Shown here one piece after another: positions 13,031-25,574 of a DNA stretch of 64,000 nucleotides. Within the stretch, counting starts at the first letter, position 1, and each line of letters opens with the position of its first letter. Both the position numbers and the translations under genes were made by a program. Origin of the DNA: Nemertoderma westbladi (taxonomy: Eukaryota > Animalia > Xenacoelomorpha); NCBI GenBank assembly GCA_032718475.1, contig JAUCBJ010008325.1, positions 1 to 64,000 on the forward strand. Direction: 5' to 3'. The notes under the pieces were generated by a model. It made no database searches. It saw only the letters and a program-made list of their open reading frames with translations, and was not told where the DNA came from.

Positions 13031-14523
13031 TAAATACCACTAAGCGATTTTAATAAAAGCAATACAATAATTATTTATCTGTCTCTATAACGATGCGCCA
13101 TTACTATCATGGCTTTAGTATTTCTGGCATCTACAAAATACAGTAAATATAGGAACACTAAAAATATTCACTCTTTAATATTGAGTAGAACCAAAGTAGG
13201 CCTATAACTTATACAATTGCTTACGAACTATTAAATCTACAGTATTCTCATTTTCTGAGTTGTCTAGGTCTACGCAGTACAGTCTCTACCGGTACTCCTA
13301 AAAGCAATGCAATATGAGTACGGCCTTCACGAAGCCAGTTTATATCACCAAACGGTCGAAGATTTATACAGTTGCGAAAAGTACTGATGCACGTATAGTC
13401 TCATAATGTACTGATGCACTGTATAGTAGTCTCATAAAGTACTGATGCACACTGTAGCAATCTCGTAAAGTTAGGATATAGGCCTACGTCTGTAGTCCCG
13501 AAAAGTACTGATCGATATCAGTTGAGTAAAGGTTTGATGAAGGAGATGGCAATGTAGGCATATACAACAACAAGACTATATTATGAAAAAATGTACTCAG
13601 AAACAGTTTTGGATGGGCTACAGTAGTACTGTACAATTTCAATAATCAAGGGAAATATATTCTCAGATGTAAAAACCACTTCTTAGCCCCGCAGAGTCAG
13701 TCACTGCACAGTTTCTTCACAGAACATCTGAGACCCAGCTAGCACAGGTCATATTCGAGCTCAATAGATCTCTCGCTCTTGCTCTAGGAACCCGAACTGG
13801 ACCCTGCAAAAAGAAGAATTCATCCCGGCCATGCCACCAAGTTCATTAGAAGTTCAGGCTGTATTATGTGACATCCAAGCTCGACTTACTGTACAACGAT
13901 GGAACTCAGAGTAAAGTCACTTAGTTTAGTTTAACATTTATTTTATTGAACATCGAAGTTCACCCAATTGGGCAACAAGCATAATGCTTATAAGCACCCT
14001 TTTGGACCGAGGAATACAAATTAACAAGGAGCACTAGACCCGCACCACTCTAAAATGGAGTACGTTAACACTAACTGCAATAAGCCAGCCGAAAAAATGT
14101 AAACATAAGATAAAAGTTAACACAATTATTAGAGAAAACAGAACCAATTGAGCCATATGAAACCAGCCACAAGCACTACATACATACTGTACACCACACA
14201 TACATACACACACCCACCTACATACACCCATTTCATACTTGCTTACTCATTGGTGCTATTGAACTTTACCAAGATTATAATATTTTTATTAAGAATATTT
14301 TAATTGAATTAATAAAGAATGTTACACACAATATTAGATTTCATTTTGTTTTTGGGTCCATATAATAACAATGTCAATGTAGGATTCCCTCCAAGAGATG
14401 ATAAAGTGTTGTAAAGAACATTTTGTTGATCTGAGTAATTAATACATTCTGTAAAATAATGGAATGCGTCTTCCCTAGCTTGACCACAAGAACATTTAGG
14501 TGACGATTTAACGTGGTTTAAAT

Positions 14524-15697
14524 ACACGAAGTGGGGCCTTCGCGCAGCACGTGACTTAAATTTAATTTAAGTACTAATTCGAAAGTATTACTGTATTAGC
14601 AAATTTTAAGCAGATTTCGCCTAATCACTTTTTACCTCTTTCATTTCTATTCAGACATTTCTGACTCTAGCGGTATAGTGAGAACTGAAGATGGATTAGG
14701 GTCTCCAGCCCCACAAAGACACAGCCTATGGATGAATAGTACATACGTACATCGGCCAAGTTTCATCTTGAATAACGGATAACGAAATGAGAGACGGATC
14801 TCACTTTCAGAAATTTCGTCGTATAGCGGCAGACCGACTAAATCCCCCCCCCCCCCCCCCCCCCCCCCACAAAGACGCAGCATGTAGTCCAGAATATATT
14901 GCAAGATTCAGCTTAAACTGATTAAAATCAATGAGACGGGAGAATCTATTCACTTTCAGGCATAAAGTAGTCCTATAGCGGGTGACTGTTGAACTGATTT
15001 TCAACAAAACAAATTTTCAACTTGGCAGCTTTAAATTCGACAAAGTTATAAGCATGTCAATATCATAACGACGACAACGATTTCACTTTCAGACATTTGG
15101 CCCTCTAGCGGCAGACTGGAGAACTGCAGATGGATTCGCCTCCTTTGAAAGTCACAGCTAATGGTCTAATACATATCTGCCAAGTTTCAGCTTAAACGGA
15201 TTAAAAGCAAAGAAATGGGAGGGCATTTAATGTTTAGACATGTGGCCCTCTAGCGGGAGACCATTGCACTGATGGTGTCTGAAAGTCTCTCAAAAATCTC
15301 AACTTTAGCTCATATTGATACCTAGAAATTTTCAACTTGGCAGCTTTAAATCCGACAAAGTTATTAGCATGTCAAAATCGTAACGACGACAACGATTTCA
15401 CTTTCAGACCTTTGGCCCTCTAGCGGCAGACTGGAGAACTGCAGATGGATTCGCCTCCTTTGAAAGTCACAGCTAATGGTCTAATACATATCTGCCAAGT
15501 TTCAGCTTAAACGGATTAAAAGCAAAGAAATGGGAGGGCATTTAATGTTTAGACATGTGGCCCTCTAGCGGGAGACCATTGCACTGATGGTGTCTGAAAG
15601 TCTCTCAAAAATCTCAACTTTTGCTCATATTGATACCTACAAATTTTCAACTTGGCAGCTTTAAATCCGACAAAGTTATTAGCATGTCAAAATCGTA

Positions 15698-15750
<53 letters not shown>

Positions 15751-15825
15751 TATTTGCATAAATTGACCCACCCCCTAACAGTGTCAATTCGCTAAGGCTC
15801 CGCCAACTTCGTGGCTCGCCCCACA
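14524..15825 (-). mobile_element. HINE-like element copy B
   Basis: Reverse complement of copy A without the PIF MITE. Splits the CR1 reading frame between NDL and YLNHV. Confidence 0.85.
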
Positions 15826-16050
15826 AGTCATTATTGAGGGAGGAACAATTACATCTGAATCGTGCAAGAGCACCGTTCATTGTGGGTGTTCCTATAGTAA
15901 TAGGGGACTATTGTTGATATTGTAGTAACTGCTATGGACTCCATTGCCAGACGTTTAAAAACTTAGAAGTAGCTTGGCGCGTTTCCTCCGAAAGGGTGTT
16001 CCATAAACGGACGGTAGATGGTAGAAAGTAATCACGATAAAAGTTAGTCC

Positions 16051-16155
16051 TAGGTAGGTAGGGTAGGTAGGTAGGTAGGTAGGTAGGTAGGTAGGTAGGT
16101 AGGTAGGTAGGTAGGTAGGTAGGTAGGTAGGTAGGTAGGTAGGTAGGTAGGTAGG
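16051..16155. repeat. (GGTA)n microsatellite
   Basis: About 25 tandem ggta units inside the CR1 ORF. Confidence 0.95.
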
Positions 16156-16181
16156 GGCGGCCGCAAGTCGTTTGTATTGCT

Positions 16182-17002
16182 TGTGGGGCGAGCCACGAAG
16201 TTGGCGGAGCCTTAGCGAATTGACACTGTTAGGGGGTGGGTCAATTTATGCAAATAGTTGTCGTCGTCGTCGTTGTCGTCGTCGTTGTCGTCGTCGTTAC
16301 AATTTTGACATGCTAATAACTTTGTCGGATTTAAAGCTGCCAAGTTGAAAATTTGTAGGTATCAATATGAGCAAAAGTTGAGATTTTTGAGAGACTTTCA
16401 GACACCATCAGTGCAATGGTCTCCCGCTAGAGGGCCACATGTCTAAACATTAAATGCCCTCCCATTTCTTTGCTTTTAATCCGTTTAAGCTGAAACTTGG
16501 CAGATATGTATTAGACCATTAGCTGTGACTTTCAAAGGAGGCGAATCCATCTGCAGTTCTCCAGTCTGCCGCTAGAGGGCCAAATGTCTGAAAGTGAAAT
16601 CGTTGTCGTCGTTATGATATTGACATGCTTATAACTTTGTCGAATTTAAAGCTGCCAAGTTGAAAATTTGTAGGCATCAATATGATCAAAAGTTGAGACG
16701 TTTGAGAGACTTTCAGACACCATCAGAGCAATAGTCTCCTGCTAGAGGGCCACATGTCTAAACGTTAAATGTCCTCCCATTTCTTTGCTTTTAATCCATT
16801 TATGCTGAAATTTGGCAGATATGTAATAGACCATAGGCTGTGGCTTTGTAGGGAAACTAATCCTTCCTTCTTCAGTTACCCAGTCTCCCGCTAGAGGGTT
16901 AACGTTTTCCGGGAAAATCTTCTCCTATGTTTTTATAATCCTTTCGAGTTGATACTTAGCATTAACTCATTTCACGTGCTGCGCGAAGGCCCCACTTCGT
17001 GT
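16182..17002 (+). mobile_element. HINE-like element copy C (shorter subfamily)
   Basis: Same 5' end, (GTC)n tract, two 315-bp-type units and the same 3' end cacgtgctgcgcgaaggccccacttcgtgt. Confidence 0.85.
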
Positions 17003-19175
17003 ATTGTATGCACTAGCTGCCCCTACACTCTCTGGTAGTATATCAGTTAAGTGAATTGGCGCTCTCCCTGAAAACATCCTATGCATTATACATAATTTAT
17101 GGAGGTTCCTCCTGTCTTGAAGAGTGGGTAAGCCAGAGTCTTTATATAAATTTACAGAGGAGCAGGATATAGTTAGCCTACAAATTATACGTATAGCCTC
17201 TTTGTTTAGCAGTTCTATAGAATCCTTAAGTTCTTTGTATTTGACTGTGCGAAGTAGGGGTAGTTTACGTGCAGCGGCGGCGACTATTGATTTAATATGA
17301 AGATTCCACTTAAGGTCATTTGCAATTAAGCAACCAAGATGTTTATGTTGATGAACAGTAGCGACATGGTCGATGGTCGTTATTAAGAGTTAATGGAAAA
17401 TGGTCGTGATGAAGAGATCGCCGGTGAGTTATTAACATGTCTTCAGTTTTAGATGCATTAAAGTTAACCAACCATTTCGTCCCCCATTCTGAGATATGGT
17501 CGAGGTCTGTTTGCAGAGAAATGGATGATTCTCTTGGCTTACCACACAACACAGCTATGTATATAGCTGTATCATCAGCGTAGTACAGACTTATATTGTT
17601 TGAAACAATATCGTTTATAAAAACGAGAAGAAGAATAGGTCCAAGAACAGATCCCTGAGGAACGCCTGCTAAGAAGACTGATCTAGAGCCATTCACCGTT
17701 ACGCATTGAAAGATGTCCTGTAAATAACTTTGAAGCCACTTAAACATGGCACCGCCGATACCCATGTATTCGAGTTTATGGAGAAGGCTCCTATCATGGA
17801 CACTCGATCACTATCAAGGCCTTACTCACGTCCAGAAATACAATGCGGATTTCTTTGCCTTTATCAAGTAAACTTACCAAGGCATTGTATGGAGTGATGA
17901 GCTGATACACAGTCCCATCTCCATGCGTAAAACCAGATTGATGTTTAGATATAAAATCCCGGATAGGCCTAAGATTATATAAAATTTTAACTAAAGATCT
18001 CTCGAATAATTTTCCCAGATGACTTGTTAAGGAGAAATAATGAAAATAAAAACTACAGTAGTATCTATTAATACTGTAGATACTACTGTGGATGCTCCCA
18101 AATTTAGTTTATTAAAATTTTTGATTTTATCAAATAAAAATATTAAATATACCCCCGCCCAATCCCAACGCCTTGATATTGTAGTATTAATGTAGCACAC
18201 AATACAATATACTGTAGTGAAAAATAATACAGTATAATTTTATCAATATACAGGACGGTGTTGACTCCACCCAACGTTTTGTTGCATTGATTGATTTTAC
18301 TGATTGAATTCTATTCTAAGCACTGGGTCGTTCAAATGCTTTATTTGTAAATCTTCAGATTTCCTTACTACTGTAAGAAAATCGTGTCCGTCAATCTGTT
18401 TGTTTGTTTGTTTTTCACACGAAAGGCTGACGATATTATCCTGTCAATTATGTTGTTTTTAGTACCCACCTGTAGTGTATGGTCTGAATGGGTGTATAAA
18501 GCAATTTACAGAAAAATACAGTCATTAGTTTTTGCACAAAAATTTAATAAACGAAAAGTACCATAGAAGCAGTGGTAAAATAACACCAATAACAATAACA
18601 GCTGGTGTTCATGATGAAAAATGGCTTATGTAATGGATTTCTACACAGGCTTAGTATAAATCGATGAGGTTGCCAAGATTATTGTACTTAGTACACCCAT
18701 ACTGTTTGCTTAGGCCCTACTTCCTAAACTCCACTCCTATACAAGCTTGAAATTCTTCATAGGGTTAGCATTAGTGTGTGTTAATTATTTTTAACAGCTG
18801 ATAGCCTTCTCAGTCAAGGTATGGCCGAATGTGAATTTATTACTGATTCGTGAATAGGTGAATGAATTTTAGTAATAATGTAGGCCTTCAACTGTAGGTA
18901 ATGTTTTGAGAGGGACCCAACTACACTATATGTTTGTCTATGGACGGCCTTCTTATAGCCAGCTTGCTGGCTTTTTATATATTAACTGTGTTCGTCTCTC
19001 AGAAGCAAAGACACCAAACGAATTGCAATAAAAACCGAAAAACTACTAAAAGTACCGAAAATATTCACTGTATTGCGGTGAAAATTACTTTATACAGAGC
19101 CCAGGACCACGCTGAATGAATCCAACGGTATTTTCCTCATATCGCGAGAGCCAGTAGTTTAGGAGGAGATAGAGG

Positions 19176-19716
19176 TGTGACGGGATCCAGGAGGGATCCC
19201 GATTTATCCGATGTGGTAATTTAGTCCACGCGTCCCCGCCGTGTATAAGGGTGAAATAAAGTAACTGAGTTCTGAAGTTCGGTGTATAATAATAATAGGG
19301 CATAGGATATAGATATAGATATAATGTGTACAAGGCGGGATACGGTAACTAAAGTCCCGTGATCCCCTAACTAAACTAATTGACTACTAACCTACGCTAG
19401 CACTGCTACACTGAGATAACTGAATCACTGATTAATAGGTTATTGGTTATATTGCACGGTGGCCTTACTGCTACTCAATCGATGCCATTCCCCCCTCTGA
19501 TTGGTTAATACCCTTGTTGGCGCCCCGTGGAGTATTCCCGTTCACTCCACCTGTTCTCCCTGGGTTAGGGGTTTGGCCCCTGACCCTCTATTGTGTGCTT
19601 CCTTCCCACTCTTATTGGGATGGCACGAGTTGGTTAATTGCCCAATCTCGTGGCTCCCAATATTGCTTATCGGCTTATAACTTTATGGGGTGTTGGCGGG
19701 ATTGAATAAGCTAACA
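19176..19716 (-). repeat. 3' LTR of BEL element 1 (~541 bp)
   Basis: Minus strand reads TGTTAGC...CCCGTCACA, preceded by the PPT GGGGGGGAG. 19176-19292 is identical to 34316-34432. The U3 boundary is inferred from the PPT only. Confidence 0.75.
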
Positions 19717-19754
19717 CTCCCCCCCATGCTATCTTCCCGGTAAGAAGATAGCAT
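19717..19754 (-). promoter_or_regulatory. Polypurine tract with adjacent 11-bp-stem hairpin
   Basis: Plus strand ctccccccc abuts the LTR. atgctatcttc-ccggtaa-gaagatagcat lies immediately internal to it. Confidence 0.7.
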
Positions 19755-20417
19755 CAACCTAAAAGTGCGTTACAATCCCGCTGGATCCCGATCTAGTATC
19801 GGGTGTGGGGTGGAATTCTTTTCTCTCGGGGTCGGCTTTCCAGGCCGCCCCCTATGGGTATGATAACGCTACCCTGTGTGCCTGGCGTCTCATGTCGGGC
19901 CGATCGCGCTCACCTCCCACGCAACTTTTGTTTCCCCAACATTTTCGCCCTATCTCACCTTCACTCTCACCCTAACTCTCTCACATTCGGACCTCCTCGT
20001 CCCTTACTCAGCCTCTTATTCTCCCCCCCCCACACTGGAATTGCATCGGCACTCTCTCCGCACTCCGCACTATTATTCCGTCCCTCAACCTCACTTCGAC
20101 CGTCTCTTCCCTTCTGACGAATCTCCCCCCCTCTCGTGCCGTCGCACTCAAGAAGTGTGAAATTGTCTGGCGTCTCGTCCATAGTGCCATAGTCAGTTAC
20201 CCCCCAGTCCCACTAGCTAGTTGAGAAAGGTTGTATGACTATAGTACTTACTCCGATCGTGTATTTTACTGCTAATTACTACGTACGTACATACAAATTG
20301 CACTTATATGATTGTTTGCATTAATTAAATTTGTACTTAATGGTTCGTACGTTGCATGCGGCGCCTTCCAGGCGCACCACGTCCCAGTCTCAGTCTCACT
20401 CCCTCGTATCTGGGAAC

Positions 20418-21570
20418 TTATCTGTTCCTCCTCACGTCCTCTTCCCTGGCCCGTTTCTTGGTTATCACCGTTCCTCTGGCATCATCCGCTTTCTGCTTCC
20501 GGACCTTCGCCGCCACTTCCTTGCTGATCCCGGTCGTTGGCTCCTTGGGCGCTGGTGTTATTAATGCCCGATACCGCTTCGCCGGTGGCCCCTCAGAATG
20601 GCCTGGTTGTCTCCCTCGTGTGGCGTCCCATAGGATCATTTTCATTGCCTTTGGTACGTGTTCCGCCAAGAAATCCCTAAACTCCCTCCGGTTCTCTGGT
20701 GTCCACCTGTCCAGGTACCGTTGCGTGTTCATAACTCCGGCGAACGATGCCGCCGTGCTACCTCTTGATAGGTAAACGGTAACCTTCGCTTTATGATTTC
20801 CATGTGGGTCTCCTGGTTTATGAGGAAGAAACCCCACTTGAACTCCTGGGCCTTCATGCGCTGGCGCGTCATGGCCCCGACGTCGGCCCACTCCTCGAAT
20901 CTTGTGAACTTCTCCTCGTCGCTCATCCAGTCGCACTCCCGCCCGTAGTGTCCCCGAAAGTGGCACTTTGGACATCGGTTATGCAACCGTGGACACGCCC
21001 CCATCCTGTGACTTGGTTCTCTACAGTAGAGACAAAAGGTTCCCCGTTGGAACCGGTATAGGCAGCTGCTTTCCTGATGGGTCTGTCTCCCACAGTAGTC
21101 GCAGCCGAGTACCAATGTCTCCCGTCCCACCTCGTCTTTCGTCCCAAGCGATCTCCGCGGTCTATGGAGTCGCTGGTAGGCGAACTTCTCTACGTTGCTC
21201 TCCCTGTTTACGTCGATCTCTCCGCCCCTCTCGGGCATCGTCTCCCCGAATACTATCCGTGGTGCCGTCCCCGGTTGCTCGCCCAACCTGATGGTGCTCC
21301 CCGCGAAATCCATCGCCGGCTCCTCGTGCACCCAGGTCCGCTTGCCGGATCTGTTCCAGAAGGCCCTCGCCCCACTGGCTGTCACCACCCTTCCGCCAAC
21401 CCAGTCCGTGTCCGAGTGGCCTATCCTTTCGATGGGCGGCATCTCTCCGAACTCGTCGCCGTCGTCTTCCTCTTCTGGTAGTGTTTCCAACCCCGGTATC
21501 CCGACGGATCCACTATGTCCCTTCCCGCCTTGGCTCTCGCCCGTAGCTCTCCATCCCTCTAGCTCCCTTA
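20418..21570 (-). CDS. C-terminal part of the extra ORF3: three CCHC zinc knuckles plus a basic tail (one apparent frameshift near 20755)
   Basis: CDYCGRQTHQESSC, CLYCREPSHRMGAC and CPKCHFRGHYGREC (each CX2CX4HX4C). In frame with 22631-23967 once the LINE is removed. The tail continues in ORF 20418..20975. Confidence 0.75.
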
Positions 21571-22630
21571 CTACTACTAGGATCGGCATGCTGCATTGCA
21601 GCTGCATTTTTAATAATGCTGTGCCGGCTTGTCAACAAAATTGCACCGCCACAACTCCCTATCACCCATGACATTTGCTAGATCATCCGCATCTTTAAGG
21701 CCAGTGTCCTTTAAGATGCGTCTCAAGAAAGTCATGGGCTGTCCACCATGCTTATTCACTCCATGAGGCTGCCAAAGTACAAGATTATGCACTGGCTGGT
21801 CCTCACGGCGAAAGCAATGTCCTGCAAAGCGGAGGCGATTTTGTTCTAGTGTCAAGCTTGGGGGAACCAATGAGACACCTCCAATGTTATATAGTGTCTG
21901 GTTGGAGATGTGTGCATTGTACTTGACACAATGAACCCGGCGTAGCATTCTTGTGAATGTGCCATCCAGAGATTTGGTGTCCTCAGCAGTTAGAGCCCAG
22001 CATGGACTCCCGTAGAGGAGTACTGGAACTACTGCTGCTCTAAATAATCGGACCTTAAGTTTCCGATTAATTCTCGGTGACTTCCAAATCCTGGAAAGCC
22101 TATTCAAGGCTGCCCATGCCTTTCCCTTACGTATTCGAAGGTCCTCACCTGACTTCCGGATCCATGATCCCAGGTAACAGAAGTCGTCGACATGCTCAAG
22201 CATACCATCCTTTGAGCTTATGCTCATCCGATCACAGACTTGCTGAGGACTTTCAAAGTTAACTGTCAGAATTTTGGTCTTTCTGGAGTTAATAAAAAGA
22301 CCAACACTAGAAGCAGCATGTTCTAATGAGCTGAGGAGCCGTTGGGCTCCCTCTAATGATTCTGAGAGTACTCCTAAGTCATCAGCAAAGTCTAGATCAG
22401 TTAGGTACTTGGCAGGATTTCCTCGACTTCTGGAGCCAGTAGGTGGAGTTATCATCACCCCATCATCATTATGATGATCTAAGGACATGCGTAGAACATA
22501 GTCAACCACAATAATGAATAAGAATGGTGCAAGTGTGTCTCCTTGGAGGACGCCCCATAACACTTCAAATGGTTCTGTGTCACCGTCAACAGTAGACACA
22601 AATGTTGTCGAACCATCGTATACCTATACA
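21571..22630 (-). mobile_element. 5'-truncated RTE-clade LINE inserted into ORF3
   Basis: ORF 21610-22599 contains GVLQGDTLAPFLF, DLDFADD, FCYLGSWI and RLRFAGHCFR. (TAG)n tail; 13-bp TSD tctagctccctta at 21558-21570 and 22631-22643. Confidence 0.93.
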
Positions 22631-24025
22631 TCTAGCTCCCTTAGCTTCCTTGGCGGTTGGTCGCCCTCGGCGCCCGCTGGTATGGGCATCGTTTGCAACC
22701 CCGACGTCGACTGTTTCGGCGATCCCAACGTCCATCCCAATTCTCGCCCTAGAGACTCCCCCGAACTCCCTGACGAAGTCCAATGAAGTTCGTCTAGGCC
22801 CGCCTGTTCCTCGAAGCCGTAACTCTGTGCCCTGGCCTCCTCTTCCCTCTCCTCTGCTTCTATCCTCTCCCGTCTAGCGACTTCTTCCAGTCGCTTTGCT
22901 TCTCGTCTGTCCGCCTCTAGCTGCTCCCATCTCTGATACGGTGTATCTGTCTCCCCGTCTACCAGATGTCGGCTGTTGTAGTACACCGACTTGCCCTTCA
23001 GCCCCGGGTGGTCTACCAGACCGTCAAAGGCCGTCTTAAAGGCTCTCCTGTAGCTTAGGGGTGATCCCGATAACAGAAATGCCCCTGGTTCCCTTTCGAT
23101 AACTACGGTCATGAATAAGTTAAGCAAACTTATCATCATCCAGTCCTCCTGCAGGATATATCGCTTCTGATATACCTTTATCGCTCCTCTGCGAAACTGA
23201 TATACCTCCTGCTTTCCCGGTCTCGCTCCCCACTTCAGCGAGTTCGCTAGTTCTGCTCCGTATTCTTCCCTAAACTTTCCCCAGTCCATCGGTTTGTGGC
23301 ATACGAGCCCCAATAATTGGCCCATCGCCACCGCCCCGCATTGGCCTGTGTTCTCGACCACCCCCAATCCATCCGGTGCCATCATAGCCATAAAGACTTT
23401 CTGCATATCCAGGAGGTTGGTGGCGTCCTGACCAATGATCCTCTCCGCGTCCTCGCGAATCGCCGATCCCACTTTCGTCGTCGACTTCTCTCTTACTAAT
23501 ACTTGTACCGCTTTCGGCAATCGGTCTAATTTCGGCCCATCCCTCTTCCCATACGTCCCTAGGTCGAATAAGAAGATGTCCCCATTTGGCGCGGCCAAAT
23601 GCAAGAGTATGGTCCTGGCCGACCCTGCCGTTCCTCGTCTCGAACCCGCTTCATCTTCCACGGTTCCCTCGTCATCTAGGATCATATATCCTCCTCTGTT
23701 GACGGACTCTATGAATCTTTTCCAGTCCTTTCTCGGTGATTCCCTCGGGTACTTCGGAATCCCGAACTTCGCCTCGTCCCCTTTCACCACGTAGTGGAAG
23801 TGTTGGAAGATCGCGTTGTCCAGCGACGGCGTTCCGTAGGTCCCGACCAGCCGCTGCTCGTGCATCTCCCGGAAGTGGTCCTGCAGCGCTCGTGCCGCGT
23901 GACCCCTTTCCAACTTCTCGTAGTATCCTCTCGTCTTCTCCTCCGGGTGTCTTTCGGTGAAATCCACCAGTATTTCTTTTCCATTCTGACTCCGCCTTTC
24001 TCTTCCTGATCAGCTTACTCGCCAT
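22631..24025 (-). CDS. N-terminal part of the extra ORF3: DEDDy (WRN/EXD/RNase D-like) 3'-5' exonuclease plus charged helix
   Basis: ExoI ILDDEG; LLHLAAPNGDIFLFDL; LPKAVQVLVREKSTTKVGSAIREDAERI (ExoII); NLLDMQ; GAVAMGQLLG; KW..R..Q.RYILQED (ExoIII-like). The likely start ATG at 24025 needs a 1-nt correction in an A-run near 23978. Confidence 0.75.
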
Positions 24026-24533
24026 TCCGAATGCTACACTCGCTCACCTGCAGGGTGGTGCCTTACCAAGGCGCAATACAGATGAGTGAAGTATTTAAGA
24101 TGTTTCGTACAGTTCGATAATGGCCTACTTTCTACTTAATTGCGCCTTTCAAGCTAAATTTAGCCTAATTAATTTCGGAGCTAGTAAATCAGCCTAATTT
24201 ACAATTTCCGTCCGTTACTTTTATTATGTTCTAGAACGACTTTCCTTGTGTTGCCACTATTTTTCGATTTTTAGTCCTATTCTATTTATTTGTTTGTTTG
24301 CTTTGATTCTACTGTCCTACTACCTACTACTGCCTATGGGTTTATTCTATTCTCTGATCCATATTCTGGCCTACTCTGTGGGCCCATGCAGTACAGCAGT
24401 ATGCGTCGTGTGGCCACACGATTTATCCAGCTGTACTCATATGCCCCCCTCTCGCTACTAACTCTACTTACTGCTAACTAATATCTATATCCTTTTTACC
24501 CCTTTTACCTCTCACTCTCTCTCTCTAACTAAT

Positions 24534-25574
24534 GGTACTACGTACCCCCTAACTCTAACTCTAACTAGGTACCACGCACCTACTAACTCTAACTCTAACT
24601 AGGTACTACGTACCTACTAACTCTAACTAACTATTGGTACTACGTACCCTCTAACTCTAACTCTAACTAGGTACTACGTACCTACTAACTCTCTAACTAT
24701 CGGTACTACGTACCCTCTAACTCTAACTAGGTACTACGTACCTACTAACTCTAACTAACTATTGGTACTACGTACCCTCTAACTCTAACTCTAACTAGGT
24801 ACTACGTACCTACTAACTCTCTAACTATCGGTACTACGTACCCTCTAACTCTAACTCTAACTAACGGTACTACGTACCCTCTAACTCTCTAACTATCGGT
24901 ACTACGTACCCTCTAACTCTAACTAGGTACTACGTACCTACTAACTCTCTAACTATCGGTACTACGTACCCTCTAACTCTAACTCTAACTAACGGTACTA
25001 CGTACCCTCTAACTCTCTAACTATCGGTACTACGTACCCTCTAACTCTAACTAACTATTGGTACTACGTACCCTCTAACTCTCTAACTATCGGTACTACG
25101 TACCCTCTAACTCTAACTCTAACTAACGGTACTACGTACCCTCTAACTCTCTAACTATCGGTACTACGTACCCTCTAACTCTAACTAACTATTGGTACTA
25201 CGTACCCTCTAACTCTCTAACTAACGGTACTACGTACCTACTAACTAACTAACTCTAGGTACTACGTACCTACTAACTAACTAACTCTAGGTACTACGTA
25301 CCTACTAACTAACTAACTCTAGGTACTACGTACCTGCTAACTCTCTAACTCTAGGCACTACGTACCTACTAACTAACTAACTCTAGGTACTGCGTACCTA
25401 CTAACTAACTAACTCTAGGTACTACGTACCTACTAACTAACTAACTCTAGGTACTACGTACCTACTAACTAACTAACTCTAGGTACTACGTACCTACTAA
25501 CTAACTAACTCTAGGTACTACGTACCTGCTAACTCTCTAACTCTAGGCACTACGTACCTACTAACTAACTAACT
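24534..25574. repeat. Tandem array of ~30 GGTAC-TAC-GTACC hairpins separated by CTAA/CTCTAA runs (~29-37-bp units)
   Basis: Unit e.g. taggtactacgtaccta-ctaactaactaactc. Lies inside element 1 between integrase and ORF3. Confidence 0.95.

Larger units (their letters stand above)
13921..18030 (-). mobile_element. 5'-truncated, decayed CR1/L2-type LINE interrupted by two insertions and a microsatellite
   Basis: RT motifs GVPQGSVLGP and YADD (17343-17765). C-terminal pieces APIHLTDILP..YNT, RTNFYRDYFLPSTVRLWNTL, ARFRCNCSSLNNDL and YLNHVKSSPKCSCG..EDAFHYFTEC. AATAAA plus (AAACT)n tail at ~13921-13947. Confidence 0.85.

Noticed and set aside
19803-20190. Additional small cargo ORF before the PPT
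   Set aside because: Only short 60-105-aa overlapping frames without recognisable motifs. Cannot be supported without other copies.
22624-23967. Envelope gene
   Set aside because: No signal peptide, Cys-rich ectodomain or clear C-terminal transmembrane anchor. Motifs fit a DEDD exonuclease.
24534-25574. CRISPR array (also 5346-6172, 41330-41600, 43900-45008)
   Set aside because: Linkers are low-complexity or repeated rather than unique spacers, there are no cas genes, and the context is eukaryotic.
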